Below are positions 1-11,994 of a stretch of DNA of 64,000 nt, piece after piece (position 1 is the stretch's first letter; each line of letters begins with the position of its first letter). Below the pieces are notes generated by a model. It ran no database searches. It saw nothing but the letters and a program-made list of their open reading frames with translations, and had not been told where the DNA came from. The translations under genes were made by a program, and so were the position numbers. The stretch comes from the human T2T-CHM13v2.0 reference genome, Homo sapiens. The stretch lies in assembly GCF_009914755.1 (NCBI RefSeq), contig NC_060936.1. One strand, 5' to 3'.

Positions 1-1789
1 ATATTCACCTCATTCTGCAAGTCTTATATTGAAGACCCTATGCACAAATTCATTTGACTCTCCAAAAAGGCCCAACACTTTTCAAAACTGCTTCACTACT
101 TAAGAATGTCCTAGGGATAGGGATAGGGAAGAGTGAATATTCTTCGCTGTTCGCGGGCATGTTCTAGCTGGACTACTTGAGATACTGTTAAGAAGCTTAG
201 GCAATCTATAATTATTATCTGAGAATTCTGTGTTTATATTTTTGGATGTAGCAAAGAAACTTCAAAATTTGACTTCAAAGAAGAACTCTGAATACCAGAT
301 GATTAATATTTCACAAAAACAAAGAATAAATTGAGAAGCAAAGGAATTCATTATCCTTGCAAAAATAAAATTACTTATGTGCAAATATGAGAAAGGTCAT
401 TGTATCTGATGCTGGCATTATGCATAAAGAGATGAGGCTTCTTTTGATGTGTTTATTATAATGATTTGCCATGGGACTGAGTTATGAAATCATGGCATGT
501 AATTAAAATGCAGAGTCTCTGAGTCCTGTAGTAACATGCTAGTGGGCTTAAAGCAACCTCAGACCCACTCTTGGCTATTTGTGAACATATTTTATGTTTA
601 GAGAATAAAAAGAAATTAACTTTTTATGTATCAGATGAGTAATCACATAATAAAGCATAATTGCTGTGAGACAATTAACATCTCAATATGATTTGATATT
701 TGCTATCCTGTAAAAGATTATTTCCTGGACCTTATCATGAGAGTATTAAAGTTGAAAGTTATGAAATGGAGTACAGAGTATTATAGTGATCTTACATAAA
801 AGATTTAGGGTCAAAACACATAAATTCACATTCTGGCTTTCTGCCTTTTTCTTCTGATAAAACTCAGCAAATATTGATTTTTCTGAGCCACCATTCTTCA
901 TTTTTAAATAGTGGAAACAATATCTATTTACCTATCACAAAGAAGTTTCATAACTAAAATTAAAAATTTTAAATTGTAAAGAACCTATTAATGGAATGCA
1001 AGTTATGCTCTAAAATACTAATTTTTGTTATTGCAAAGTATTAGTAAGAGTGAGATATTCTCCGTGACCACACTGAAATGGAAGTGATTCTTATGACACC
1101 TGCTGATTTCTATGTGGCTCTGGATGGATTTATCACAACTCTAAGAGACATTTGTGCAAATGTGGCTTTGGTTTCAGTTCTCAATCTGATGTTTTTATCA
1201 TTTTTTATATAAGCTTTTTGAAAACAGATAGGTTTCCCAAGCGTTTTGCCATTTACCCTTTATGGATCTATGCAAGAAATTTATGCGTGCGAGTTTTATT
1301 GTCTTAAGGAAATATTTGGAACAATTTTACCCTTTCTTTTGATCATATTCTTTGGCTCATTTAAGAGATTGCTATATTACTTGGTGAGTCTAAAATTGAG
1401 TATCCTGTTTATATATCTGAAACAGGTAATGGGTAATATCACCTTGAGTCTGGCAGTACTCGAGAGGAAAAATTACATTGATTCTCTGACTTGAGTAAGA
1501 ATATCTTGTTCACAATATGTTTGTGAAAACTTTTTCTACTCTTCCTTTTGCCCTTTATGACTGTCATATCTCAATTCCACAAATTCAGGGTAAAAATGAG
1601 CTTCTAGTCATATCTAGGACAGTTATCCCAAAATATTTATTTAGATATTTAAATCATCCCTAAGCTAGAGAAGATGTGAAATAGCTTTAATTGACTGAAT
1701 GACTTTGCATTTCTTTCAACAAAATAAATCCCTGTATATGGTTCAGGAATAACTAGATAATATATTTAAATATCTTGAGAAAATAGAGT

Positions 1790-2065
1790 CAGCAGTCCTG
1801 GATTACCAGCTGTGTAACCTTGAGGGATTTAGCCAACCTCTCTGACCTTCAGCATTCTCTTCCACAAATAAGAAGAGGGATAATAATACCTAGTCTAGGC
1901 ACACAGATTTGTGGTAAATATTATCCTTCTTCTTATTTATAAGAAGAGATATGAGATCTCTGATATGAGAATCTCTTCTTATAAATAATAAGAGGGATAA
2001 TAATACCTAATCTAGGCACACAGTTTTGTGGTAAATATCAAATGATGCTTCTACATGGTGCAAGG
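1790..2065 (+). mobile_element. MIR SINE containing an internal duplication/inversion
   Basis: MIR core 'accagctgtgtaaccttgagggatttagccaacctctctgaccttcag...gggataataatacct'. Confidence 0.7.
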
Positions 2066-2389
2066 ATGAACTGTTAAATATATACAGTTTTTTCATATTA
2101 ATGGATAGCTTTATCACACTAGAAACATTATTCAAATGCATTTCAATATGGAGGGCTCTCTTGAAATGCTTTTGTTGAAAGAAAGCCTTCCAATTTCTAA
2201 CTATCTATTTTGTTTCTCCTTTCTTGTATCCTCTTTCTATGTATATCTTTTCAATGTAGCTGTGACTATCATTTGATTTTCAATCTTCTTTTTCCCTCAT
2301 AGTTTTACTTGTTGGAATTTTCCTGTAATACACTAATCTATTTTCACCATGCCTGTCTACTAAATCATATTCCTCACTGTGGAAAATTA

Positions 2390-2900
2390 TAACAGCATTC
2401 ACCTAATCACTCATGCCAGAAATATTCCCTCTTTAATTTCTGCATTGAATAGATTACCAAGGATTGTTAAATGAACCACTCTAATATTCCCCAGGTCTCT
2501 CCATAAACAGTCCTTGTTCAGATCTCTCTCACTTGAACTATTATAGGAGCTTCTTAACTTTCCTGTGTTCAATCTCACCTCAATCCAATGTATCCTCTCC
2601 CATTCTGTTAGGGTGATCTTTCTACAATTTTTGGACTTTCCTTTCCCATGGCCTGTAATTTTTTATGGGTTCCTGTGCTTTGCAGGACAAAGTACAAGCC
2701 TCATATTATGGCAAGCTGATTTCATGCTGCTTTCCCATATGCACCTCACTCTAGGCATGCAGGCCTGGTGGGATTTCCCAAAATAGATAGTGAACTCCAA
2801 AATTCTCTGCCTTTGTGCATGTCCTTGAAATATTTCCTCTCCTTTTCACCCCTCGTTACCTAGGAAGATGCTCACCTCAAACATAAATTGTGCCTTGGGA
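2390..2900 (+). mobile_element. L2 LINE fragment
   Basis: L2-like motifs 'tctcacttgaactattataggagcttcttaact', 'gggtgatctttcta', 'ctgcctttgtgcatg'; highly diverged. Confidence 0.55.
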
Positions 2901-5708
2901 CTGTTTGAGGCCTATAATCATCTGTGATTTTAAGGAATCCTTTATATTCCAGGACTACGGCCTTTAAGAATTTTATTATGTCTATTTTTCTCATATTTGC
3001 TCTCCTTGCTAGGCTGAGCTTATTCTTCTCTTGCCTTTTTAAGAGAAGGCCTGTTACATGTTTCCTGAGAGAATGAATTAATGGTAACTCAGTGTAGCCT
3101 TTCATTACTTATCGGCTGCAATATAATAAGGAAAGGAGAAAGCAAGAACAATCTTGGGAAATGGGAAGAAAGTGAGACACTGGTGATAATAAGCTGCCAT
3201 CTGCCTTGACAGAAAGAAACCTCTCACCCTGTTTGTTTTGTGCCTCAAAAGAGATTCTTTTTAGCTCATGTAGTTTGTGACAAGTTAAGGCCTGTCCTCT
3301 GTTTCTTTATTTTGTTTTTAAAGCACGTTTGCAGGCATCATCGTGTAATGAATAATATATCACGATGATTTTTTCCAAGCTTTTGAATTAGTATCTGCTT
3401 TACTTTTCCATGGAAGCACTGAAAATGAGTGATTCCTACAAATGATACTTTTTTCATTTTGAACAATAGCCTTTATCTCTCTAATCTAAACATCTTGGTT
3501 GCAAGTTCACAGTTATTACTAACATCAGATAATAACATATTTTGAAATAAATATATTTAATACTTTTTGTCAGGTTATTTACTATGATATTATATCTATT
3601 ACTTAAAGCTAAAAACAAATATCTAAGTAACATGTTAATAAGATTTAAAAGCAGCATATTGTTATCAAAGAACCCTGAATTGCAAGGGTGTGATCATATT
3701 CCCGAAGCCTGGGACTCATCATGGCAGGGAGCTAGTGTACCATATTGTCATGGCAACAGGATGCCTTCCTAGGTTTAAATTTGTTTGTGTTGCTGATCCA
3801 TAACTTTAAAAGCTTATCCAGAGCTTTTAAAGAACAAGTTGTATTGCTTCTGTGGTTGATGCCATATGCTAAAATTCATGGCTATTTCACGAATGGTAAT
3901 TTGAGTGTTCTTTACTTTTTTTTTTTTTTTTTGGTCTCCAAAGTACAGTTATCAAACTAAGATTGTTATGCCTGAGTGTTTTGTTTTGTCACTGTGTTGC
4001 TTCTATATATACAACTGTGAGGAGAAAAATTTTCTTCCCTATATTTGTTATAGTGAGACTCTGGATTTTTGTTTTGGATGTAAATACAGATATTATTTTA
4101 TGGAGGCAATAATGAAAAACAGGAATTTTAACCTGCTGAATATTCAAAACTTAATAACCTTAATGTGTTGTTCCAAAAAGCCAAAACCTTGCAGCACTCT
4201 GAATTCTTTCTGCATGGCAAAGACACTTCTGTTGCCAAGAGATTCTCTGTAAACAGTGAAGAAAAACAATGATCAATGGTTCTGTGCATTGCCTAGCAGA
4301 ACGTCCTTGACATCCCTCGCATTGCAGCACAATGCTGACAGCTGGGTTCTCATTTGGAAGCAGAGAACAGAGAGCCAGGGAGGTAGGAACCACAAAGGGT
4401 TAGGAGAAAAGGAGGGTGGATAAGCGGGAGCAGAGGAGACAAGAGAAGGGAGAGAGGAGGTAGGAGGAAAGAGATGAGTATTTGTTGTTGTCTTTGAATT
4501 GTTAACCCCTTAAGAGTTAAAGATGGAAATCTTAAACATCAATATGCACTATATTATTCCCTCCAGTGAAGCAAATTGCTTTTGAAAGTTAGTTTTGTCT
4601 TTAAAGAGGCATACAGATGAAGGTTATGGAGTGAATACAAAATAAAGAAGGTCCTCTGTGATGATATTAATCCTGAATTAAAAGGAAAGGCAACTGTAGA
4701 TTAAAAAAAACTAAATAAATAAACTGGAACAAAATTTTACTGTGTGCCTTTTTTTTATTGCTGATTACTTGTCTCCGTGCATACATACATGGGTGATGAA
4801 AAAAATAAGGTTCAAGATATTCAGTATGGTTTTGAAGTGGGCCTTAGGTGTTTTTGTCTTGTCACTATTTTTATTTGATGTTTTTCTACTTCCTCCTAGG
4901 TATACTGTAGATTACAAGAGTTAAAATCTTGGAGTTCTTATGCCCATTTATCTACTATCAGTTTACCAAGAAACATAACTTTTATTTCATAATTTATAAT
5001 TTGATTTTTAAACACTCAATTTGTGAGTCTAATTGTAATTAGTATTTGTAACACCTAAAGTCATTACCCATATGGTTTAGGAAAGCAAATGAGAAGTATT
5101 GTGTTAGATAAGAATAGAGAAACAACTGTTTGGTCACCAAAAGTTAGTTCTTCACTTCTATTATTGGGAAACTGACTAAGCTTCTAATATTCCTGTTGAT
5201 GATACAGTATGCCCATTGCAGAAAGATAGACAAAACATTTCAATAGCACATCAAGCCAGATGTTCAAGTATATGATTTCCTCAAGGTCCTTGACTGTACA
5301 ATTTTCTTCTAGGTTGCTCAAACTTGGGACCATTTATTATAAACACTCAGTAGATCCCTGATGACCTGAAAGAGGGTACTGTTTCTCTAAATATCCAGCT
5401 TCTTGTAAGGAGATAGCTTTTGGTGATGGAATTTTTTTTCATATATTTCTGTTGATATTACCATTGTATTAAGTATGTATCCTTATACCATTGTTTTCAA
5501 AGAGCCAGTATTTTATTTGAGGTGGGGTGCAGTAAAGGTCCAGTCTTTTAAAAATACAGCTGGATTCCTTTCTACTCCTCCCCTTTCTTTCCCATGCTTG
5601 CGTTAAGGGAAGAATGAGCTCAGACTAATTTGAGGGACGTAGAATCATCACCAGAAAAAGAGAGTTTCACTTCTTCAAAGACTATTATTTGTAAGGAATA
5701 TGCAATCA

Positions 5709-6193
5709 TGTTATCATTGGTTGAATGGTGGTTCCCCAGAACATATGTCCATGTCAAATCTCTAGAACCTATTAATGTTATCTTATTTGGTAAAAGGGTC
5801 TTTGCAGATGTGATTAAGTTAGGAGTTTTGAGATGAGATCACCCTGGATTATCTAGGTGAGCTCTAAATCCAATTACAAGTGTCTATATAAGAGAAAGAT
5901 AGAGGGAGCTTTGAGACAGACAAAAAGTAGAAGGTGATATGATCATACGATATGATATGATATGATCATATAAGCAGACACTGGGATGAAGCAGCCACAA
6001 GCCCAGGAATGCCCACTGCCACCAGAAACTGGAAAAGGCAAGGAAGAGAATCTCATCTAGAGCCTCTGGAGGGAGCAGAGTGCTGCCTATACCTTGATTT
6101 CAAACTTCAGGCCTCCACAGCTGAGATAGCAAATTTCTGTTGTTTGAAGTGGCCTTAGGTGCAACCAAGTTTATAATTTGTTACAGCAGTCAC
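5709..6193 (+). mobile_element. MaLR solo LTR, MLT1C-like
   Basis: 'ttatttggtaaaagggtctttgcagatgtgattaagtt', 'ccaccagaaactggaaaaggcaagga', 'taatttgttacagcag'. Confidence 0.85.
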
Positions 6194-7319
6194 ACTACCT
6201 GACTCAAATGAACGTGTGGTTGCTGCTTTACCAGCATAACTCCCCGTGGGGAGAAGCAACTGGTTGGACATTGAGGAAGCCATCAGGGTGGCTTTGAGTT
6301 ATTTCTGCTTGCTTTTGAAGACCCTCTTCTTTGGCTCATATGCATCATCCTGCTCCGAATACACAAATTTCAGCATCAGTGACATCCACTTTGCATTTAC
6401 ATTCTCCCGCCCTATCTTTGATCTCACTATCAATCCCAGGGTTTTATGTCAATAAAATATAGTTTTTTTCCCAATAAAATGTTATTTGTATTTCCTAAAA
6501 TCTGAGTCTTTAAAATCAAAGCTCTTGCAACTTTTGTCCTTTTCTCAAAAAGTTAGATTTTACTTTTCATAGAAGAATGCCAATCAAATAGAATATATAG
6601 GAAAGAGGTGGCTGCCCAGTGCAATCTCTTCTGTTGCTTCTGTTTTTAGTGATCTGTGTATTTTTCCCCTGGTAATTGTCAATGCCTTTGATGGCTAGCC
6701 CCTGCCTTCCTCCTGAAAATCATAGCAGTCTGATTGAATAGTAACGGGTGGGTTTTTTTTTTTTTAAATGATATTTAGATTAAAGGCAATTAAGAGAAAT
6801 TCTGGCCATGGAAAAGAGGAGCGAGATTGTGGTTTGTCTTCATAGCAACAAATATAATTTCTCAAGCATTATATGAAATAATTAGAAGAAATGGATTGCT
6901 TACTCATGTTTGCTTTCACATCAGGGGATATAGATATATCTGTAATTGCAATGCTTTAAGAAGGTATATAAGGATATAAATTCTCATGGCTTCATTCTTG
7001 GTCTCCTTATATGTAGAAATGTAGTGGCAGAAGTTAGACTTTAATATGTGGTAGGTGATAATATGGAGTTGTTCTAACAATAGTTTTGACTGTATATAGA
7101 ACATGGAGCCTATTAGCTAAGAATGGACAAAAATTGACAATAAAATAGTTAAAATATCAAATATTAATAAGATATTTCAATACTATTTTTTGAAGCACTT
7201 GGTAAAAATCCCACTTATCTACGATGCAATTCTTCTGGAACTGCTCTCTTACATAATAGTTGGAAATTGTATTAATAGTCTCAAGCTTTTCTAAGTTTAA
7301 AGAGCAATCTTTGTAATAA

Positions 7320-7540
7320 CTAAGCTCATGATGTTTGGGATCAGACAGGATTAAAAATTCTGGCTCTAGAATATATGCCTGTGTGTCATCTGACTTATTT
7401 ATTTGTGCCTCACTTTCTACATCATCACTAGAATGGTAATATATACCTACCTCAAACAGTTGTGAAAAACCGAAGGAGGTGATGCATAGCAGAGTATCAT
7501 TGTCTTAACAGTGCTCAATAAATGTGTTTTATTGCTATTT
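7320..7540 (+). mobile_element. MIR SINE
   Basis: 'tgtgcctcactttct...tacctacctcaaacagttgtga...gtgctcaataaatg'. Confidence 0.65.
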
Positions 7541-8029
7541 CTCTACATCAAAGCCCTAGAAATCCTGAACTATACTTTTTAGCACAAGACAAGAGAAGAT
7601 TAAATGGAACATGTAAATTGGTATCAGTTAAGCATAACCTGCCCTGCTCGCAAGGTCTTGTCAACAATCGAGAAAAGCCACACACACTGGAAAAGGAATT
7701 GATTGAGACACAAAGGAAAATAGGATTTTTTTTTCATGGAGTCATGCCTAATTTAAATACTAATAAATAAAATTAGAGAATGAGTTAAAGTCAACTCAGG
7801 AAACTAACAGCATGAAAAAGTGTTGAATCAACAGAGGCCCCGAATTTATAAAAATTATGCTCTACTCCAATATAAAACATTAAATATAGTAAAGCATGAC
7901 CACCTTTTTCCATATTTTTGTTTTTATTTTTATAGAATATTAAAATCAGATCAAAGGAAGAAGAAAAAAATGGCAATCAACAGAATTTCAGGTCTCAATG
8001 GGGGAATGAAGATAGTATATATAGATTAA

Positions 8030-8145
8030 GTTCTCATAAAATACTAGAAGGTAAGTACCAATACTCTCACTTAATGAGTGAATAAATTGAGGCTCAATGA
8101 GGTTAAATAAAGTGTCCAATATCCTTAAATTTTAAGTGGTTAAAA
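8030..8145 (-). mobile_element. MIR fragment
   Basis: Reverse MIR core 'aaattgaggctcaatgaggttaaataaagtgtccaa'. Confidence 0.5.
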
Positions 8146-8624
8146 AAAATGGTTGTTTACTTTACCAAAGTCTAAGATTGAAGTGATGATAATCGATGAA
8201 TAGAAACGCTGGGAAACAGTTTTAGCTGGTAGAACGAACCTTTCTTTTTCTTTCGTGCCCTAAATTTAGTTATCTTAATGTGTTTATAAATGTTCTAGAT
8301 GGTGTTATGGGAAAGAAAAACAGAGTATACGCTTATATAGGGAGACACAAAAAAAATGAGAAGGAACTGTTTTCCCACCCTTGGAGTAAAGTTTCTAGGA
8401 AACAACTCAAAGTGGATGGAACTTTACTTCACCACGGCTAATCTCGGATGTTAGTTCAGCTATCCTGTTACTTTGCATAATTCAAGAATTTCGGCAATTA
8501 GGCTAACAGGTTGACTTTTCACACAGAGTGAGAAATCAAAAGAGGCTTTAAAAAAGCTGTGCTCTTAGCAAAAATTATATTTGAGAGGCAATAAAATAGC
8601 TTGCCATTAAAAAGATATATATCA

Positions 8625-9946
8625 TTATATAAGAAAATCACTTAAAAATGGATTAAAAGCTTAAATCTATGGGCCAAAACTATAAAACTACCAGAAGAAA
8701 GCATTGAGGAAATACTCCAGGACATTGGTCTGGGCAAGGATTTCTTGAGTAAGATCTCAGAAGCACAGACAATCAAAGCAAAAATGGACAAAGGAGGATC
8801 ACATAGTGCTAAAAGCTTCTGGGTAGCAAAGGAAATAACAAAGTGAAAAGAAAACTCCCAGAAAAAGAGAAAATACTTGCAAACTACCCATCAGACAGGT
8901 GATTAATAACCGAAATACATACAGCTCAACAGAAGACAACTAAACAAAACAAATAATCCAATTTTAAAAATGGGCCAAAGACCCAAATAGTCTTTTCTCA
9001 AAAGAAGACATAGAAATGGTCAACAGGTATATGAAAAAAATGCTCAACATCAGTAATCAGTAATCATCAGAAAAGTGTAAATTAAAGTACAATGAGATAT
9101 CATCTCATCCCAGTTAAAATGACTTTCATCCAGAAAACAGGCAATAGCAAATGCTGGCAAGGTTATGGAGAAAAGCAAACCCTTGTACACTGTTGGTGGG
9201 AATGTAAATTAGTACAGGCACAATGGAGAACAGTACGGAGGTTCTTCAAAAAGCCGAAAATGGAGCTACATATGATCTAGCAATCCCACTTCTGGAGATA
9301 GATCCAAAAGAAAGGAAATCAGTATATTGAAGATATATCTGCACTCCCATTTTTATTGTTTATTGCAGGGCTATTCACAATCGCCAAAATATGTAATCAA
9401 CCTAAGTGCTCACCAACGGATGAATGGATAAAGGAAATGTACATATACACAATGGAATATTATTCAGCCATAAAAAAGAACATAATCCTGTCATTTACAA
9501 AGAGATAGATGAAAATGGAGAACATAATGTTAAGTAAAATAAGCCAGGCTCATTAAGATAAATATTACCTGTTCTCACTAATATGTGGGACCCCCCAAAA
9601 ATTGAACTAATGGAGATAGAGAGTAGAATGATGGTTATCCAAGTCTGGGAGGGTAGTGGGGGTGGAGAAATAAAGAGGAAGTGGTAAATGGGTACAAAAA
9701 TAAAATTATATAGCATAAGATCTAGTGTTAGGAAGCACAGTGAAGTGAATATAGCTAACAAAAAATTGATTGCATATTTCAAAATAACTAAGTGTAATTA
9801 GATGTTCTTAGCACAAAGAAATCTAAATGCTTGAAGTGGTAGAGATAGCTCAAATTCTGATTTTATTAGTACACATTGTATGTTTGTATCAAAATACCAC
9901 ATGTACCTCACAAACACATGCAATTATTATATATCCCTAATAATAA
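8625..9946 (+). mobile_element. 5'-truncated L1 (L1MA3/L1MA4-like): ORF2 3' end and 3'UTR
   Basis: 'aaactaccagaagaaagcattgaggaaatactccaggacattggtctgggcaa', 'tacactgttggtgggaatgtaaattagtaca', L1MA-type UTR 'tgtatcaaaataccacatgtacc'; ORF 9092-9280 is an ORF2 C-terminal remnant (HCWWECKL). Confidence 0.92.
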
Positions 9947-9961
9947 GTTTTTTTTCAAAAT

Positions 9962-10376
9962 TTGGGCATTAGCTACCTGGGGTTAGTGCACACCCCACAG
10001 GTTAAGAACTCAGTTCTGGCGGGGCACGGTGGCTCACGCCTGTAATCCCAGCACTTTGGGAGGCCGAGATGGGCAGATCATGAGGTCAGGAGATCAAGAC
10101 CATCCTGGCGAACATGGTGAAACCCTGTCTCTACTAAAAATACAAAAATAAAATAAATTAAAAAAATAATTAGCTGGGCGTGGTGGTGGGCACCTGTAGT
10201 ACCAGCTCCCAAGTACCAGCTACTTGGGAGGCTGAGGCAGGAGAATGGCGTGAACTCGCGACGCAGAGGTTGTAGTGAGCCAAGATCATGCCACTGCACT
10301 CCAGCCTGGGCCACAGAGCAAGACTGTCTCAAAAAAAAAAACAAAAAACAAAAAAAGACAACTCAGTTCCACAAGT
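9962..10376. mobile_element. Short MER21-like LTR fragment split by an Alu
   Basis: 'ctacctggggttagtgcacaccccacaggttaagaactcagttc [Alu] cacaag' resembles MER21 'ctacctggagttagcgtcagaccccacaggttaagggctcagtcccacaag'. Confidence 0.5.
10018..10358 (+). mobile_element. Alu (AluSc8/AluY-like)
   Basis: Dimeric Alu with 'gagatcaagaccatcctgg' and 'gaatggcgtgaac'; A tail; TSD core aactcagttc at 10007-10016 and 10360-10369. Confidence 0.97.
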
Positions 10377-10421
10377 AAAAAATAACACTTTTAAACTTGG
10401 GTTTTGGTGCATACCCTAAAG

Positions 10422-10601
10422 CACTTGGTTCCTAAAGTGTGGTCCCTATGCAAGCAGCAACAGCATCACTTGGGAATATTTAGAAATGCAAATTATCAGA
10501 CCCACCTCTAGAACTGGAAACTCTGGGGATGTGGCCCAGCAATCTGTACTTTAATAAACCTTCCAAGTGATTCTGATGTAAGTTGAAATTTGAGAACCAT
10601 G
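10422..10601. mobile_element. MER5A hAT-Charlie MITE
   Basis: 'aaagtgtggtccc...cagcatcacttggga...ttagaaatgcaaatt...tttgagaacca'; decayed 8-bp TSD ccctaaag/ccctggag. Confidence 0.85.
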
Positions 10602-10753
10602 TCCCTGGAGTTTATAGACAAAGAATAAATAAAATGAATGAAAGAGGGAACAGCCTACAGATTCTATTGTGGGAGTTAATTGTTCCAAGAAAGAAAGTGA
10701 AACAGTGATATAAAACATAGAGAAAGCTAATTAAAATATACATATAGTTAGGA

Positions 10754-11042
10754 GGCCAGGTGCAGTGGCTCATGCCTGTAATCCCAGCACTTTGGGAAGT
10801 CAAGGCAGGCAGATCACTGGAGGTCAGGAGTTCCAGACCAGCCTGGCCAACATGGTGAAACCCTATCTCTACTAAAAAAAAAAAAAATTAGCTGGCATGG
10901 TGGCATGCCTGTAGTCCTAGCTACTCACAGGCTGAGGCAGGAGGATTGCTTTACCCCGGGAGACCTTTAACCGGGAGAGGTTGCAGTGAGCAGAGATTGT
11001 GCCACTGCATACCAGAGTGAGACTGTCTCAAAAAAAAAAAAA
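10754..11042 (+). mobile_element. Alu (AluS, Sz/Sx-like)
   Basis: Full Alu body with small internal indels, A tail, ttagga TSD. Confidence 0.95.
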
Positions 11043-11764
11043 TTAGGAAATGAATTATAAATACAATCAGGGCTCCAAAGGTAGGCACTTGTCTTTTTAG
11101 CAACCCATTGCAGAGGAATTCAGAGGCAAGGCTCACAAAAAAAAAAAATAAATCAATCAATCAACAATCAAAACTCAGAGAAATTCAAAGGAGACACTGT
11201 GCCCACATATTCCATCCCACTACAGGATAACCAAGTACAGAAATCTGAGATACTTCAGAGAATTGTGACAGTGGTGAGTGTAAGCATACACCTCTGCCAT
11301 CTGCTGATATGCACTGTGATGTATCTGGATTATGGTCCTCAGACCCTTCCTCTAGCCCCAGGATAAATTTGTAAGATGCTTGAGGAGCAATGCAAACATT
11401 ACTTGGGTGTCATTGTCTTCTGCTGGCCCTTGGCTCAATCCGGCATGCACCTGAGCCTAATTTCCCATCACTTTGTGAAAATGTTGTTCACATGTTTCTA
11501 TTTTCTTCAGTCAGCACCCATCGGGGAGTGGAGCTCTTTGGAATAAATGCTGACTAGTTGGGGCATCTGAGAAAAATGTAGTTTTGGTGCTGGAGTTCAC
11601 AGCATGTCAAAGCAGAAGTGACAGAAGAATCAAGAGCAAACCAGAGCTCTTGAGTCTAATCTGAACTTTTTACTTTTCAGATGAGGAAATGTAACAATGA
11701 AGAAATTAAATGATAGAAATGAGATCATACATTAACAGAATACAAGTTCATATTTCAGGCCTTA

Positions 11765-11985
11765 ATTAACTCAGCTAATACTGATTAAGCATCCGTTAAG
11801 TGCTAGGCACTAGGTGAACAATGATCAAGAAAATAGTCTTTGCTCTTCAAACTCTTGCCACATGTTGGACAGGTTAGATAAGAGAAGAAGCAATTGTATG
11901 TAATTTGATTATTTTTAAGATTAAAAAAAGCCTATGGTGCTACGTAAGCATGTGAGTGGGTCACCAAAGTCAACCTTGGAGGGTG
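11765..11985 (-). mobile_element. L2 3'-end fragment
   Basis: Reverse L2 tail 'attaagcatccgttaagtgctaggcactagg'. Confidence 0.5.
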
Positions 11986-11994
11986 TTAACAACT

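Noticed and set aside
112-128. (TAGGGA)n telomere-like or G4 motif
   Set aside because: Only three G tracts; too short.
4400-4478. GA-rich purine tract
   Set aside because: Ordinary low-complexity sequence with no mirror symmetry or regular G tracts.
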